64,000 nt of DNA from an uncultured Alphaproteobacteria bacterium (GCA_963848035.1 CAWKCD010000001.1:1931908-1995907); one strand, 5' to 3'. Positions 30,750 through 39,559 are shown, numbered from the stretch's first letter. The notes: generated from the sequence alone by a model not told the origin. A program made the numbers and translations.

Positions 30750-32326
30750 GCTTTCTTCAAGCCCCAGAAGCAGGTGTTGCCGGAGCGGACGATGTCGGTG
30801 ACGTTCGAACGGATCGCGGCGGGGAGCAGGTAGGAGCCGATCGGGATATACGGGACCTCCTGGAAGGCGACCGCCTGCATCTGTTCGCAGATCCGTTTCT
30901 GGGCGGCTTCATCGGGGGCGGCGAACCATTGGTCGCGCAGGGATTCCAGCTTTGGGCTCTCGGGCCAACCGAACCAGCCGGCCTTGCCGTTGCCGCGTAG
31001 GGGCAGATGGCTGCCGGGGTTGGAGAGGGTGATGCCATCCCAGGAGGTGCAGAAGCTGTTCCAGCCGCCTTCGGAGGCCGGCTTGTCGCTGGCGCGGCGG
31101 CCGACCAGGGTGCCCCAATCCATGCTCTGCATGTCGACGTTGAGGCCGATCTCGGCGAACACCGAGCGGGCCATCTGGACCAAGGGGACCAGGACGGATT
31201 GGTCTGTCGGGAGCATGAGGACGACCGGCTCGCCCTTGTAGCCGCTTTCCGCGACGAGGCGTTTGGCCAGGGCGATGTCGCGCTTGCCGCTGAAGACCTG
31301 CATGTCGCGGTCATTGGCCATCGGGGTGCCAGGGGTGAAGACTCCGGTGGGAACGGTCATCAGATCGGACTGGTCGCCGACCAGGGCGGTCATGAATTCG
31401 CGCTGGTCGATGGCGGGGAGGATGGCCCGGCGGAGCTTGTCGTTGTCGAAGGGCGGCTGGGTGTGATTGAGGGCGATGACGGCCGGGAGGAACAGGGTCG
31501 AGATCGGGACGAGCTGGATGTTCTTGTCGCGGCGGAAGGTGGAGAGCAGGTCGAAGAGGGGGAACTCGAGCCAGTCGACTTCGCCGGTTTGCAGGGCACT
31601 GGCGGCGGTGGCCGAGTCGGGGATGATCTTCCATTCGATACGGTCGACGTAGGTGGCTTTCGAGCCGGACCAATAGGACGGCTTTTCCTGGCGAGGGACG
31701 TATTTGTCGAATTTGGCCCACGCGAAATGGGCGCCGGCGACGCGTTCGTCGGGCAGGAAGCGGAAGGGGCCGCTGCCGGTGGTGTCGGAGATCTGTTTGA
31801 ACGGGTCAACCTCGGCGGATCGTTGCGGCATGATCATGCAGAGGTCGGGGCCGCCGAGGGCGAAGGGGAGCAGCGGGAAGGGGGATTTGAGGCGGATCTG
31901 GAAGCGCTTGTCGTCGAGCGCCTTCATTTCGTTGGTGAGCGAGATAAGCTTTTGGCCGAAGCCCTTGCGTTGCGCCCAACGGTTGATGGAGGCGACGCAA
32001 TCGATGGCTCGGACCTTGTCGTTGTCGTGGAACAGCAGGCCGTCACGCAGCGTGAAGGTCCAGGTGAGCTGGTCGTCGCTGATCTCGTGACCGGCGAGCA
32101 TCTGCGGCTGCGGCTGCAGGTTCTCGTCGATGCCATAGAGGGTGTCGTAGACCATCAGTCCGTGGTTGCGGGCGACGGTGGCGGTGGTCCAGACCGGGTC
32201 GATGCTGGAGAGGTCGGCCTGCGGGACGAAGACGAGGGTCTTGCTGCTGGTCGCGGCGCGGGCGGGGCGGTTCAGCGAGGCGGCGGCGAGGGCAGCGGTT
32301 CCGGCAACGAATTGTCTGCGGCGCAT
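30746..32326 (-). CDS. ABC transporter substrate-binding protein, family 5 (peptide/nickel/opine type), Tat signal
   Basis: MRRRQFVAGTAALAAASLNRPARA twin-arginine leader from ATG 32326; SBP_bac_5-like body (TLVFVPQADLSSIDP, LTWTFTLRDGLLFHD). No permease or ATPase genes adjacent. Confidence 0.8.
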   Translation of the reverse strand: MRRRQFVAGTAALAAASLNRPARAATSSKTLVFVPQADLSSIDPVWTTATVARNHGLMVYDTLYGIDENLQPQPQMLAGHEISDDQLTWTFTLRDGLLFHDNDKVRAIDCVASINRWAQRKGFGQKLISLTNEMKALDDKRFQIRLKSPFPLLPFALGGPDLCMIMPQRSAEVDPFKQISDTTGSGPFRFLPDERVAGAHFAWAKFDKYVPRQEKPSYWSGSKATYVDRIEWKIIPDSATAASALQTGEVDWLEFPLFDLLSTFRRDKNIQLVPISTLFLPAVIALNHTQPPFDNDKLRRAILPAIDQREFMTALVGDQSDLMTVPTGVFTPGTPMANDRDMQVFSGKRDIALAKRLVAESGYKGEPVVLMLPTDQSVLVPLVQMARSVFAEIGLNVDMQSMDWGTLVGRRASDKPASEGGWNSFCTSWDGITLSNPGSHLPLRGNGKAGWFGWPESPKLESLRDQWFAAPDEAAQKRICEQMQAVAFQEVPYIPIGSYLLPAAIRSNVTDIVRSGNTCFWGLKKA

Positions 32327-32379
32327 GCGGTGTCCTTCGAGGGACTGATATCCAAATTCTGCATGGCAGGTCTGTGTGG

Positions 32380-33054
32380 TCAACTAGGTTCGCGGGCGAG
32401 CGCGATCAGCACGGCAAGGCCGAGAGCGGCGATGCAAGGCAGCAGCGGTAGGCCGATGGGCAGGTCGAGCGCGGTGCGGCCGGCGGTGTACCAACCCGCT
32501 GCCGCGGCGCCGCAGACATAGGAGAGGAATGCCGTAACGGGCCAGAAGGTGCGGCGGACCGGTGAGTGCGGCGAGGTGGGAGAGCCGACGAGGCCGAAGA
32601 CGATCCCCGTCAGGGTGCCGGTGAAGTAGGTGGTGGTGACGCTGGGCATGCCGATGCGGTGGACGGCGGCGCTCTGCACGCCCATGGCGATGGCGGAGAT
32701 GCCGATCAGGGCATAGAGCGCGGAATCGACGCCACGGGCGTGCCAGCCGAGGGCGAACAGCAGGAGCAGCGTAGCCTCGATGAGCACGGCGGCGAGCAGG
32801 CGTTTGCGGCTCGCGCCGTGGCGCAGGATCAGCGCGCCGGTGAGCAGCCCGGCGACGAAACCGGCGAAGGCGGTCATGTTCCGTAATGCGGCCAGGAGGT
32901 CGCCTTGCCCGAGGTCCAGACCCATCAGCGCTATGTTGCCCGTCATGGCCGAGGTGAAAACCTGGCCGAGAAAGCGGTAGCTCAGGATATCGACGCAGCC
33001 CGAACTGAAGCTCATCAAGGCCAGTCCGGCGCCGATGCTGCGCTGCTCTTTCAC
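32380..33054 (-). CDS. YoaK/DUF1275 family membrane protein
   Basis: 224 aa, six TM segments, with SGCVDILSY...FTSAMTGN and TTYFTGTLT motifs typical of DUF1275. Confidence 0.7.
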   Translation of the reverse strand: MKEQRSIGAGLALMSFSSGCVDILSYRFLGQVFTSAMTGNIALMGLDLGQGDLLAALRNMTAFAGFVAGLLTGALILRHGASRKRLLAAVLIEATLLLLFALGWHARGVDSALYALIGISAIAMGVQSAAVHRIGMPSVTTTYFTGTLTGIVFGLVGSPTSPHSPVRRTFWPVTAFLSYVCGAAAAGWYTAGRTALDLPIGLPLLPCIAALGLAVLIALAREPS

Positions 33055-33995
33055 CAGCGGCGGGGAATGCGGAAGGGCAGCATGGCCTGCACCCAGGGGG
33101 CGGTGAAGCGGTCGAGATTTAGACTTTCATGGACGGCGTGGACGCGCTCGCCGCGCAGGCGGGTCTCGATGACGGAGCGGTTGTAGAAGGGTGCGTCCTC
33201 GAGACGTTGGCGGAGCAGGGGTTGGGAGTGGGCGTCGCAGCGGGTGCGCGGGCGCATGCCCCAGGTGGTGCGGGGGAGGGCGGCTTGGGGAGGCGGGTCG
33301 AAGCGCTCGACCTTGCCGTCGCGGCCGATCTTGAGCGCGAGGTCCTGGTGGCCGCCGATTCGGCGTTCGGCGTTGTAGAGGATGAGGGCGCCGTCATCGG
33401 TGGGCGCGCGGAGCCAATCCCATTCGAGGAAGTCGCGCTCGAGCGGGCGGTCGCCTTCGTTGCTGTCGAGGTAGCCGATGCCTGACCAGGAGAGGTCGGG
33501 GCGCGCCATGGTGACCTCGACGCGGGCGGCAGGGGCTATCGGGGACCAGCGGTGGCGGCCGGCTTTGTCGAGGGTGAAGCTGCGGCGCGTGAGGGCGGAG
33601 GGGGTGACGCGGACCATGCCGCTGAGGCGGCCGGGGACAGGGGCGGTGACTTCCTCGATCCAGATGGTCAGGGAGTTGCCGTCCCAATGGAGCGCGCTGG
33701 GGCCGATGATGAGGTGGTTGTCGCTGCGGTGGAGCGAGCGGCGGCCGCGCTCGGTCATGGCCCAGCGCCTGGGTCGGCCGTAGAGGGCGACGTTGAGGCA
33801 GCAATGCTGCTCGGGGTCGGCAGGGCGGCTGCGGCGGGACCAGGCGTAGAAGGGCGAGAAGACGCTGCCGATGAAGGCGATGATGGTCAGGCCGTGGCGG
33901 CCGTCATCGCTCAGCGCGTCGACATACCACCAGACATAGCCGTCACGCGGGACCGGCGCGTCGAACCGAGGTCCGCCATCAGGGCGGACGCCGCC
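33051..33995 (-). CDS. crtC: carotenoid 1,2-hydratase (hydroxyneurosporene synthase); start codon unresolved
   Basis: RFDAPVPRDGYVWWYVDALSDDGRHGLTIIAFIGSVFSPFY... through the C-terminus in ORF 33051..34253(-). The conserved N-terminus begins at about 33968, upstream of the crtD stop (33911). Confidence 0.85.
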   Translation of the reverse strand, partial: GGVRPDGGPRFDAPVPRDGYVWWYVDALSDDGRHGLTIIAFIGSVFSPFYAWSRRSRPADPEQHCCLNVALYGRPRRWAMTERGRRSLHRSDNHLIIGPSALHWDGNSLTIWIEEVTAPVPGRLSGMVRVTPSALTRRSFTLDKAGRHRWSPIAPAARVEVTMARPDLSWSGIGYLDSNEGDRPLERDFLEWDWLRAPTDDGALILYNAERRIGGHQDLALKIGRDGKVERFDPPPQAALPRTTWGMRPRTRCDAHSQPLLRQRLEDAPFYNRSVIETRLRGERVHAVHESLNLDRFTAPWVQAMLPFRIPRRW

Positions 33996-35527
33996 AGGCG
34001 CCCGGACAGTGCTGCCATCGGGACGCCCGCCCCGGGATGGGTCGCGCCGCCCGCCAGATAGAGGCCCGGCACCTTCGTCCGGCTGCCCGGGCGGCGGAAG
34101 CTCGCCGTCGCCCCGTGCACCGCCGGGCCGTAGAGGGCGCCCCCCGTTGCCGGGAAGAGTTGGTTGAAGCCTGTCGGCGAGGTTGCGGTCAGGGTCGGCT
34201 CCGACAGGGTCAGGCCGCAGCGTTGCATCAAGTTCCAGGCGGTCTGCCGGCACTGCTCGATCTCCGAATCATCATAGGCGTGAACGTCGCCGTTGGCGGG
34301 GGCGTTGACCAGGACCAGGAGGCGCTCGCGGCCGTCCGGGGTGGCGTCGGTGTCGTCACGATCTTGCGCGCAGACATAGGTGGTGGGTTCGCGGGGGATG
34401 ACGCCGCGGCCGAGCTGGTCGAACTCGGCCTTGTAGTCGCTCGAGAAGAAGACGGTGTGGTGGGAGAGCGGGAAGTCGCGGACGCGGGCGGTGCCGGTCC
34501 AGGTGAGGGCGGAGAGGGAGCGGTCGGCCGGGGCGGGCGCGGGGGCTGCGTGGCGCAGTGCGGGACCGAAACGGCCGGCGGCCAGGGCGGCGGGGTCGGC
34601 GTTGAGGATGATGGCGGCGGCCGGCAGGGTTTCGCCGGAGGCGAGGCGGACGCTCGCGGCCTTGCCGCGTTGCAAGCCGATCTCCGTTATTTCTGAATTG
34701 TACCGTATTTCGACCCCGCTCGTCTGGGCAAGGGCAGCTAGGGCGCGGGCGACTTCGTGCATGCCGCCGTCGACGAACCACACCCCCTGCTGCTCGACAT
34801 GGGCGACGAGCATGAGGGTGGCGGGGGCGAGAAAGGGGGAGGAGCCGCAATAGGTGGCGTAGCGGCCGAAGAGTTGGCGCAGGCGCGGATCGCGGAAATG
34901 GGTGGCGAGCTCGGACCAGAGGGTGGCGAAGGGCTTGATGGAGAGGAGGTCGGCCGGGTTCCGGACGGAGAAGGCCAGCGACATCATGCTGGGTAGCGGG
35001 CCCTTGATGAAAGGCTTTTCGAGCGTGTCGTAGGTGCGCCGGGCGGCGCGGCAGAAATCGAGAAAGCCGCTCGCTTCGGCGGGGCCGGCAAAGTCGGCGA
35101 TCGCGGCGGCGGAGGCTTCGGGGTCGGCGTGGAGGTCGAGGCGCTCGGTGCGGCTCCAGGCGTGGCGGGCGAGGATGGCGGCGGGGCGGAGGGTGATGTG
35201 GTCCTCGAGGCGCTGGCCGGCGCTGGCGAAGATCTCGTCGAACACCCAGCGCATGGTGAAGACGGTGGGACCTGCATCGATCGCACGGCCTTCGGCGGGG
35301 AGTCTGCGCATCTTGCCGCCGGGCGTGGGCTGGCGCTCGAGCAGGGTGACCCGGCAGCCTTGGTCCGCAAGGCTCAATGCGGCGGCGAGACCACCAATTC
35401 CGGCACCGACGACGACGATGTTTTGGCCCGCGAGAATTGGCTTGACCCCAGTGTCAGAAAAGTCTGACAGTCGTGACAGACAAATAAAGCTGACACAACC
35501 GGGGTTGGAGGCGTTGATGGACGTCAT
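33911..35527 (-). CDS. crtD: methoxyneurosporene / hydroxyneurosporene desaturase
   Basis: FAD motif IVVVGAGIGGLAAA, CrtI-family body, C-terminal LYLAGGATHPGAGVPMA. The only canonical start is ATG 35527. Confidence 0.9.
   Translation of the reverse strand: MTSINASNPGCVSFICLSRLSDFSDTGVKPILAGQNIVVVGAGIGGLAAALSLADQGCRVTLLERQPTPGGKMRRLPAEGRAIDAGPTVFTMRWVFDEIFASAGQRLEDHITLRPAAILARHAWSRTERLDLHADPEASAAAIADFAGPAEASGFLDFCRAARRTYDTLEKPFIKGPLPSMMSLAFSVRNPADLLSIKPFATLWSELATHFRDPRLRQLFGRYATYCGSSPFLAPATLMLVAHVEQQGVWFVDGGMHEVARALAALAQTSGVEIRYNSEITEIGLQRGKAASVRLASGETLPAAAIILNADPAALAAGRFGPALRHAAPAPAPADRSLSALTWTGTARVRDFPLSHHTVFFSSDYKAEFDQLGRGVIPREPTTYVCAQDRDDTDATPDGRERLLVLVNAPANGDVHAYDDSEIEQCRQTAWNLMQRCGLTLSEPTLTATSPTGFNQLFPATGGALYGPAVHGATASFRRPGSRTKVPGLYLAGGATHPGAGVPMAALSGRLAASALMADLGSTRRSRVTAMSGGMSTR
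35452..35495. promoter_or_regulatory. tandem PpsR/CrtJ-type operators in the crtD/crtE divergent region
   Basis: TGTCAGAAAAGTCTGACA (perfect), then 8 bp, then AGACAAATAAAGCTGACA (right half only), in an AT-rich stretch. Confidence 0.65.
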
Positions 35528-36386
35528 GACGCGGATCGAAAAGTCGCTCGGGGCCGCTTTGGCTCGGACGCTGCTGCCGGGTTGTCCTCCGTTGTTGGGT
35601 CAGGCGATGCATCATTCGGTGTTCCCGCGGGGGGCTCGGATCCGGCCGCGTCTGTGTCTGGCGGTGGCGGCGGCTTGCGGCGAGGATGCGCCGACTGTTT
35701 CGGAGTCGGCGGCCACTGCGATCGAGCTGCTGCATTGCGCCTCGTTGATCCATGACGACTTGCCTTGTTTCGATGACGCGGCAACCCGGCGGGGGAAGCC
35801 GAGCGTGCATGTGGCGTTCGGTGAGCCGTTGGCGGTGTTGGCCGGCGATGCGCTGATCGTGCTCGCGTTCCAGACGGTGGCGCAAGGGGCGGCGCTGACT
35901 CCGGCGCGGATGGGGCCGTTGATGACGACGATCGCCGGATCGGTGGGCGTGCCATGCGGGATCGCGGCGGGGCAGGCTTGGGAGTGCGAGCCGAGCGCGG
36001 ACCTGGCGCTGTATCAGCGGGAGAAGACGGGCGCGCTGTTCGCGGCGGCGACGGTGGCGGGGGCGGCTTCGGCGGGGGTCGAGGCGGAGGTTTGGCGGAC
36101 GCTCGGGATGTGCTTGGGCGAGGCGTATCAGGTCGCCGACGACATCCTCGACGTGACGGCGGATCCGGATAAGGTGGGCAAGCCGGTGGGTCAGGACCTC
36201 GCGCATCAGCGGCCGAGCGCGGTGCTGCAGTTCGGGTTGGACGGGGCGATCGCGCGGCTGCGGGGGTTGGCGGAGGAGGCGGTGGACGCGGTGCCGGGCT
36301 GCATCGGGCAGAGCGCCCTGCGGAGTCACATCCGGACCGAGACGTTGCGGCTGCTGCCGCAGGAGCTGGCGCGGACGGCGGCGTGA
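35517..36386 (+). CDS. crtE: geranylgeranyl diphosphate synthase
   Basis: GGAGG 7 nt upstream of ATG 35517; FARM LIHDDLPCFDD and SARM QVADDILD. Confidence 0.95.
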   Translation: MDVMTRIEKSLGAALARTLLPGCPPLLGQAMHHSVFPRGARIRPRLCLAVAAACGEDAPTVSESAATAIELLHCASLIHDDLPCFDDAATRRGKPSVHVAFGEPLAVLAGDALIVLAFQTVAQGAALTPARMGPLMTTIAGSVGVPCGIAAGQAWECEPSADLALYQREKTGALFAAATVAGAASAGVEAEVWRTLGMCLGEAYQVADDILDVTADPDKVGKPVGQDLAHQRPSAVLQFGLDGAIARLRGLAEEAVDAVPGCIGQSALRSHIRTETLRLLPQELARTAA

Positions 36387-37552
36387 TTCGAGCGGACATG
36401 ATTTCAGCGGGTCCGGAGTTCGTTTCCTCTGGGCCACCCGCACCGAGCGCTCTTCCGCAATCGGGCGAGGGCCTGCTGTCGCGGATCAGGAATTGGCGGG
36501 ACCGGACTATGGCGGATCCGGGGTTCCGGGCCTGGGCGGCGCGGTTTCCGCTGACGCGGCCGATCGCGCGGCGGCGGTCGCGGGCGCTGTTCGATCTGTG
36601 CGCGGGCTTTGCGTATTCACAGGTGCTCGCGGCTTGCGTGTCGTTGCGGGTGTTCGAGTCGTTGGCTGCCGGGCCGCTGACGGCGGAGGCGTTGGCGCCG
36701 CGCCTGGGGCTGACGGCGGAGCGGGCGGCGCGGCTGTGCGAGGCCGCGGCGGCGCTGGATCTGCTGCGGCGGCGTGGGGATCGGTACGCGCTTGGCAAGC
36801 TCGGGGCGGCGATGATCGGCAACGAGGGGGTGGCGGCGATGATCCGCCATCACGCGATGCTGTATCGGGACCTGGCCGACCCGGTGGAGCTGTTGCGGCG
36901 GGAGCCTGGCGAGACATTGCTGGCGGCGTATTGGCCCTATGGCACCCGCGGTCCCCAGGGGTTGGGCGCCGATGACGTGGCGGCCTATTCACGGCTGATG
37001 GCGTCGTCGCAGCCGTTGGTCGCGGCCGAGATCCTGGCAGCGTACGATTTCCGGCGGCATCGTCGGCTGCTCGACATCGGCGGTGGCGAGGGGGCATTCC
37101 TCGAAGCGGCGAGCGTGAAGGCGCCGGGGTTGGAGCGGATGCTGTTCGACCTGCCGGAGGTGGCGGCGCGGGCGCGGGCGCGACTCGGGGCGGGGGCGCA
37201 GGTGTTCGGCGGCGACATGCGGACCGACGCGTTGCCCGCGGGCGCCGATCTGCTGACGCTGATCCGCGTCGTGCACGATCATGACGACGCGGCGGCGATG
37301 GACATCCTGCGGAATGCGCGCCGTGCACTGCCGCCGGGCGGCTCGCTGCTGGTGGCGGAGCCGATGCTGGACGCAGCCGGGGCGGCGCCGGTGGGAGCCT
37401 ATTTCACCTTCTATCTGCTGGCGCTGGGCAGCGGGCGGCCGCGGCGAGCGGAGACGCTGATGGCGATGCTGCGGGAGGCGGGCTTCGGCCGCGTTTCCAT
37501 GCGGCGGACCGGCAATCCGCTGCTGGCGAGCGTGATCGTCGCGCAGGCGTGA
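36383..37552 (+). CDS. crtF: demethylspheroidene / hydroxyneurosporene O-methyltransferase
   Basis: WAARFPLTRPIARRRSRALFDLCAGFAYSQ N-terminal pattern; SAM motif LLDIGGGEGAF; position after crtE. Confidence 0.9.
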   Translation: MIRADMISAGPEFVSSGPPAPSALPQSGEGLLSRIRNWRDRTMADPGFRAWAARFPLTRPIARRRSRALFDLCAGFAYSQVLAACVSLRVFESLAAGPLTAEALAPRLGLTAERAARLCEAAAALDLLRRRGDRYALGKLGAAMIGNEGVAAMIRHHAMLYRDLADPVELLRREPGETLLAAYWPYGTRGPQGLGADDVAAYSRLMASSQPLVAAEILAAYDFRRHRRLLDIGGGEGAFLEAASVKAPGLERMLFDLPEVAARARARLGAGAQVFGGDMRTDALPAGADLLTLIRVVHDHDDAAAMDILRNARRALPPGGSLLVAEPMLDAAGAAPVGAYFTFYLLALGSGRPRRAETLMAMLREAGFGRVSMRRTGNPLLASVIVAQA

Positions 37553-37560
37553 TGTTCGTC

Positions 37561-37604
37561 TGTAAATCTTCGTTGACAACTATGACGGTCAGTTTAGCCT
37601 GACA
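37561..37604. promoter_or_regulatory. tandem PpsR/CrtJ-type operators upstream of bchC
   Basis: TGTAAATCTTCGTTGACA (perfect TGT-N12-ACA), then 8 bp, then GGTCAGTTTAGCCTGACA (right half conserved). Confidence 0.7.
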
Positions 37605-37643
37605 CTCGGCTGCGTGGACCGCGGCCCTGGAGGAAATGAAAAC

Positions 37644-38558
37644 GTGGACGCTCTCGCCGTCGTATTGAACGCACCGCGCGACCTGGGACTGCGCCAGCTC
37701 GCGCTGGATGATGCGGGCGCCGACGACGTGGTTGTCGCCGTTGAGTGGTCCGGGGTGAGCACGGGGACGGAGCGGCTGCTTTGGACCGGGGCGATGCCGC
37801 CGTTTCCGGGCATGGGATATCCGCTGGTGCCGGGGTACGAGTCGGTGGGGCGGGTGGTCGGCGGGGCGCGGGACGGGGAGCTGGTTTTCGTTCCTGGCGC
37901 GAGGTGCTTCGGGCCGGTGCATGGATTATTCGGCGCTTCGGCGTCGCGGCTGATCGTTCCGGGCGCTCGGGCGCTGTCGATCGGCGAAGGATTGGGCGAG
38001 CGGGGCGTCCTGCTGGCGCTGGCGGCGACGGCGCAGCATGCGCTGGCCGGGTTCGCGGTGCCGGAGCTGATCGTGGGGCACGGGGTGCTCGGGCGGTTGC
38101 TGGCGCGGTTGGCGGTGCTGGCGGGTGGGTTGCCGGTGGTCTGGGAGAAGAATGCGACGCGGGCCGATGGGGCGCTGGGCTATCGCGTGATCGACCCGGC
38201 GGAGGATACGCGGCGGGATTACGGCGCGATCTACGACGCTTCGGGCGACGCGTCGTTGATCGATACGTTGGTGATGCGGCTTCGGATGGGCGGCGAGATC
38301 GTGCTGGCCGGGTTCTATTCGGATCGGCCGTCGTTCAATTTCCCGCCTGCGTTCATGCGCGAAGCGCGGTTCCGGATCGCGGCGCAGTGGCAGCCGGAAG
38401 ATCTCGTTGCAGTGCGCGATCTGGCGGGCGACGGGCGGCTCGATCTGGATGGGCTGATCACGCACCGGGCGCCGGCGCCGAATGCTCCGGAAGCGTATCG
38501 GACTGCCTTCGAAGACTCGGCTTGTCTGAAAATGATCCTCGATTGGAGAGCCTGCTGA
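37644..38558 (+). CDS. bchC: bacteriochlorophyllide a dehydrogenase (3-hydroxyethyl bacteriochlorophyllide a dehydrogenase)
   Basis: MDR/Zn-ADH-like fold (WSGVSTGTERL, PLVPGYESVGRV). GTG 37644 lies 9 nt after GGAGGA; the in-frame GTG 37614 has no SD. Confidence 0.9.
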   Translation: MDALAVVLNAPRDLGLRQLALDDAGADDVVVAVEWSGVSTGTERLLWTGAMPPFPGMGYPLVPGYESVGRVVGGARDGELVFVPGARCFGPVHGLFGASASRLIVPGARALSIGEGLGERGVLLALAATAQHALAGFAVPELIVGHGVLGRLLARLAVLAGGLPVVWEKNATRADGALGYRVIDPAEDTRRDYGAIYDASGDASLIDTLVMRLRMGGEIVLAGFYSDRPSFNFPPAFMREARFRIAAQWQPEDLVAVRDLAGDGRLDLDGLITHRAPAPNAPEAYRTAFEDSACLKMILDWRAC

Positions 38559-39559
38559 TGAACGCTGTGACAGGGGTGCAGGCGAGCATGACGGATGCGT
38601 TGCGCTCGGAGGCGGCGATCGAGCCGGATGCGCCATCGACGGGGCCGGTGAAGAAGGAAACGCAGGTCATCGCCATTTATGGCAAGGGCGGTATCGGCAA
38701 GAGCTTCACGCTCGCGAACCTCAGCTACATGATGGCGCAGCAGGGCAAGCGGGTGTTGCTTATCGGGTGTGACCCGAAGAGCGACACGACGTCGCTGCTG
38801 TTCGGTGGACGGTCATGCCCGACGATCATCGAGACGTCGTCGAAGAAGAAGTTGGCGGGCGAAAAGGTTTCGATCGGGGACGTGTGCTTCATTCGTGACG
38901 GCGTGTTCGCGATGGAGCTGGGCGGCCCGGAGGTCGGGCGCGGCTGCGGCGGGCGCGGGATCATCCATGGGTTCGAGCTGCTCGAGAAGCTGGGCTTTCA
39001 TGACTGGGGGTTCGACTACGTGCTGCTCGACTTCCTGGGGGATGTCGTGTGCGGCGGGTTCGGGCTGCCGATCGCGCGGGACATGTGCCAGAAGGTGATC
39101 GTGGTCGGCAGCAACGACCTGCAGTCGTTGTATGTCGCCAATAACGTGTGCTCGGCGGTCGAGTATTTCCGCAAGATGGGCGGGAATGTCGGGGTTGCGG
39201 GGATGGTCATCAACAAGGATGACGGGACCGGGGAGGCGCAGGCGTTTGCGTCGGCGGTTGGGATCCCGGTGCTGTCGGCGATCCCGGCGAATGAGGACAT
39301 TCGGCGGAAGTCGGCGAATTACGAGATCGTCGGACGGCCCGGCGGCGAGTGGGCGCCGTTGTTCGAGGCGCTGGCGAAAGAGGTGGCCGAGGCGCCGCCG
39401 TTGCGGCCGACGCCGTTGACGCAGGATGGGCTGCTCGGGCTGTTCAAGGGCGAGGCGGTGGGGCGTGGCGTGACGCTGACGCCGGCGACCGAGGCGGATA
39501 TGTGCGCGGCGACGACGATCTCGCGGCCGTCGCTCGAAGTGATCTACGAGGGGGCGTAG
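38558..39559 (+). CDS. bchX: chlorophyllide a reductase iron protein subunit X
   Basis: NifH-like P-loop [10 protein letters not shown] and cluster Cys (GRGCGG, VCGGFG); start overlaps the bchC stop. Confidence 0.95.
   Translation: MNAVTGVQASMTDALRSEAAIEPDAPSTGPVKKETQVIAIYGKGGIGKSFTLANLSYMMAQQGKRVLLIGCDPKSDTTSLLFGGRSCPTIIETSSKKKLAGEKVSIGDVCFIRDGVFAMELGGPEVGRGCGGRGIIHGFELLEKLGFHDWGFDYVLLDFLGDVVCGGFGLPIARDMCQKVIVVGSNDLQSLYVANNVCSAVEYFRKMGGNVGVAGMVINKDDGTGEAQAFASAVGIPVLSAIPANEDIRRKSANYEIVGRPGGEWAPLFEALAKEVAEAPPLRPTPLTQDGLLGLFKGEAVGRGVTLTPATEADMCAATTISRPSLEVIYEGA

Noticed and set aside
33911-34253. A CrtD-CrtC fusion made by -1 frameshifting within the 343-nt stretch where the crtC frame is open inside crtD
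   Set aside because: The frame relationship (-1) permits it, but I found no X-XXY-YYZ slippery site in the crtD zero frame in this stretch. Open shadow frames are common at this GC content. It is kept only as a remote option under the crtC start finding.
37636-37668. A 10-codon upstream ORF (ATG AAA ACG TGG ... TGA, MKTWTLSPSY) overlapping the bchC start, or ATG 37636 as the true bchC start with a missing base in the A-run
   Set aside because: The GGAGGA box ends only 1-2 nt before this ATG, which is too close. It is well spaced (9 nt) for the in-frame GTG 37644. No other evidence supports a leader peptide.
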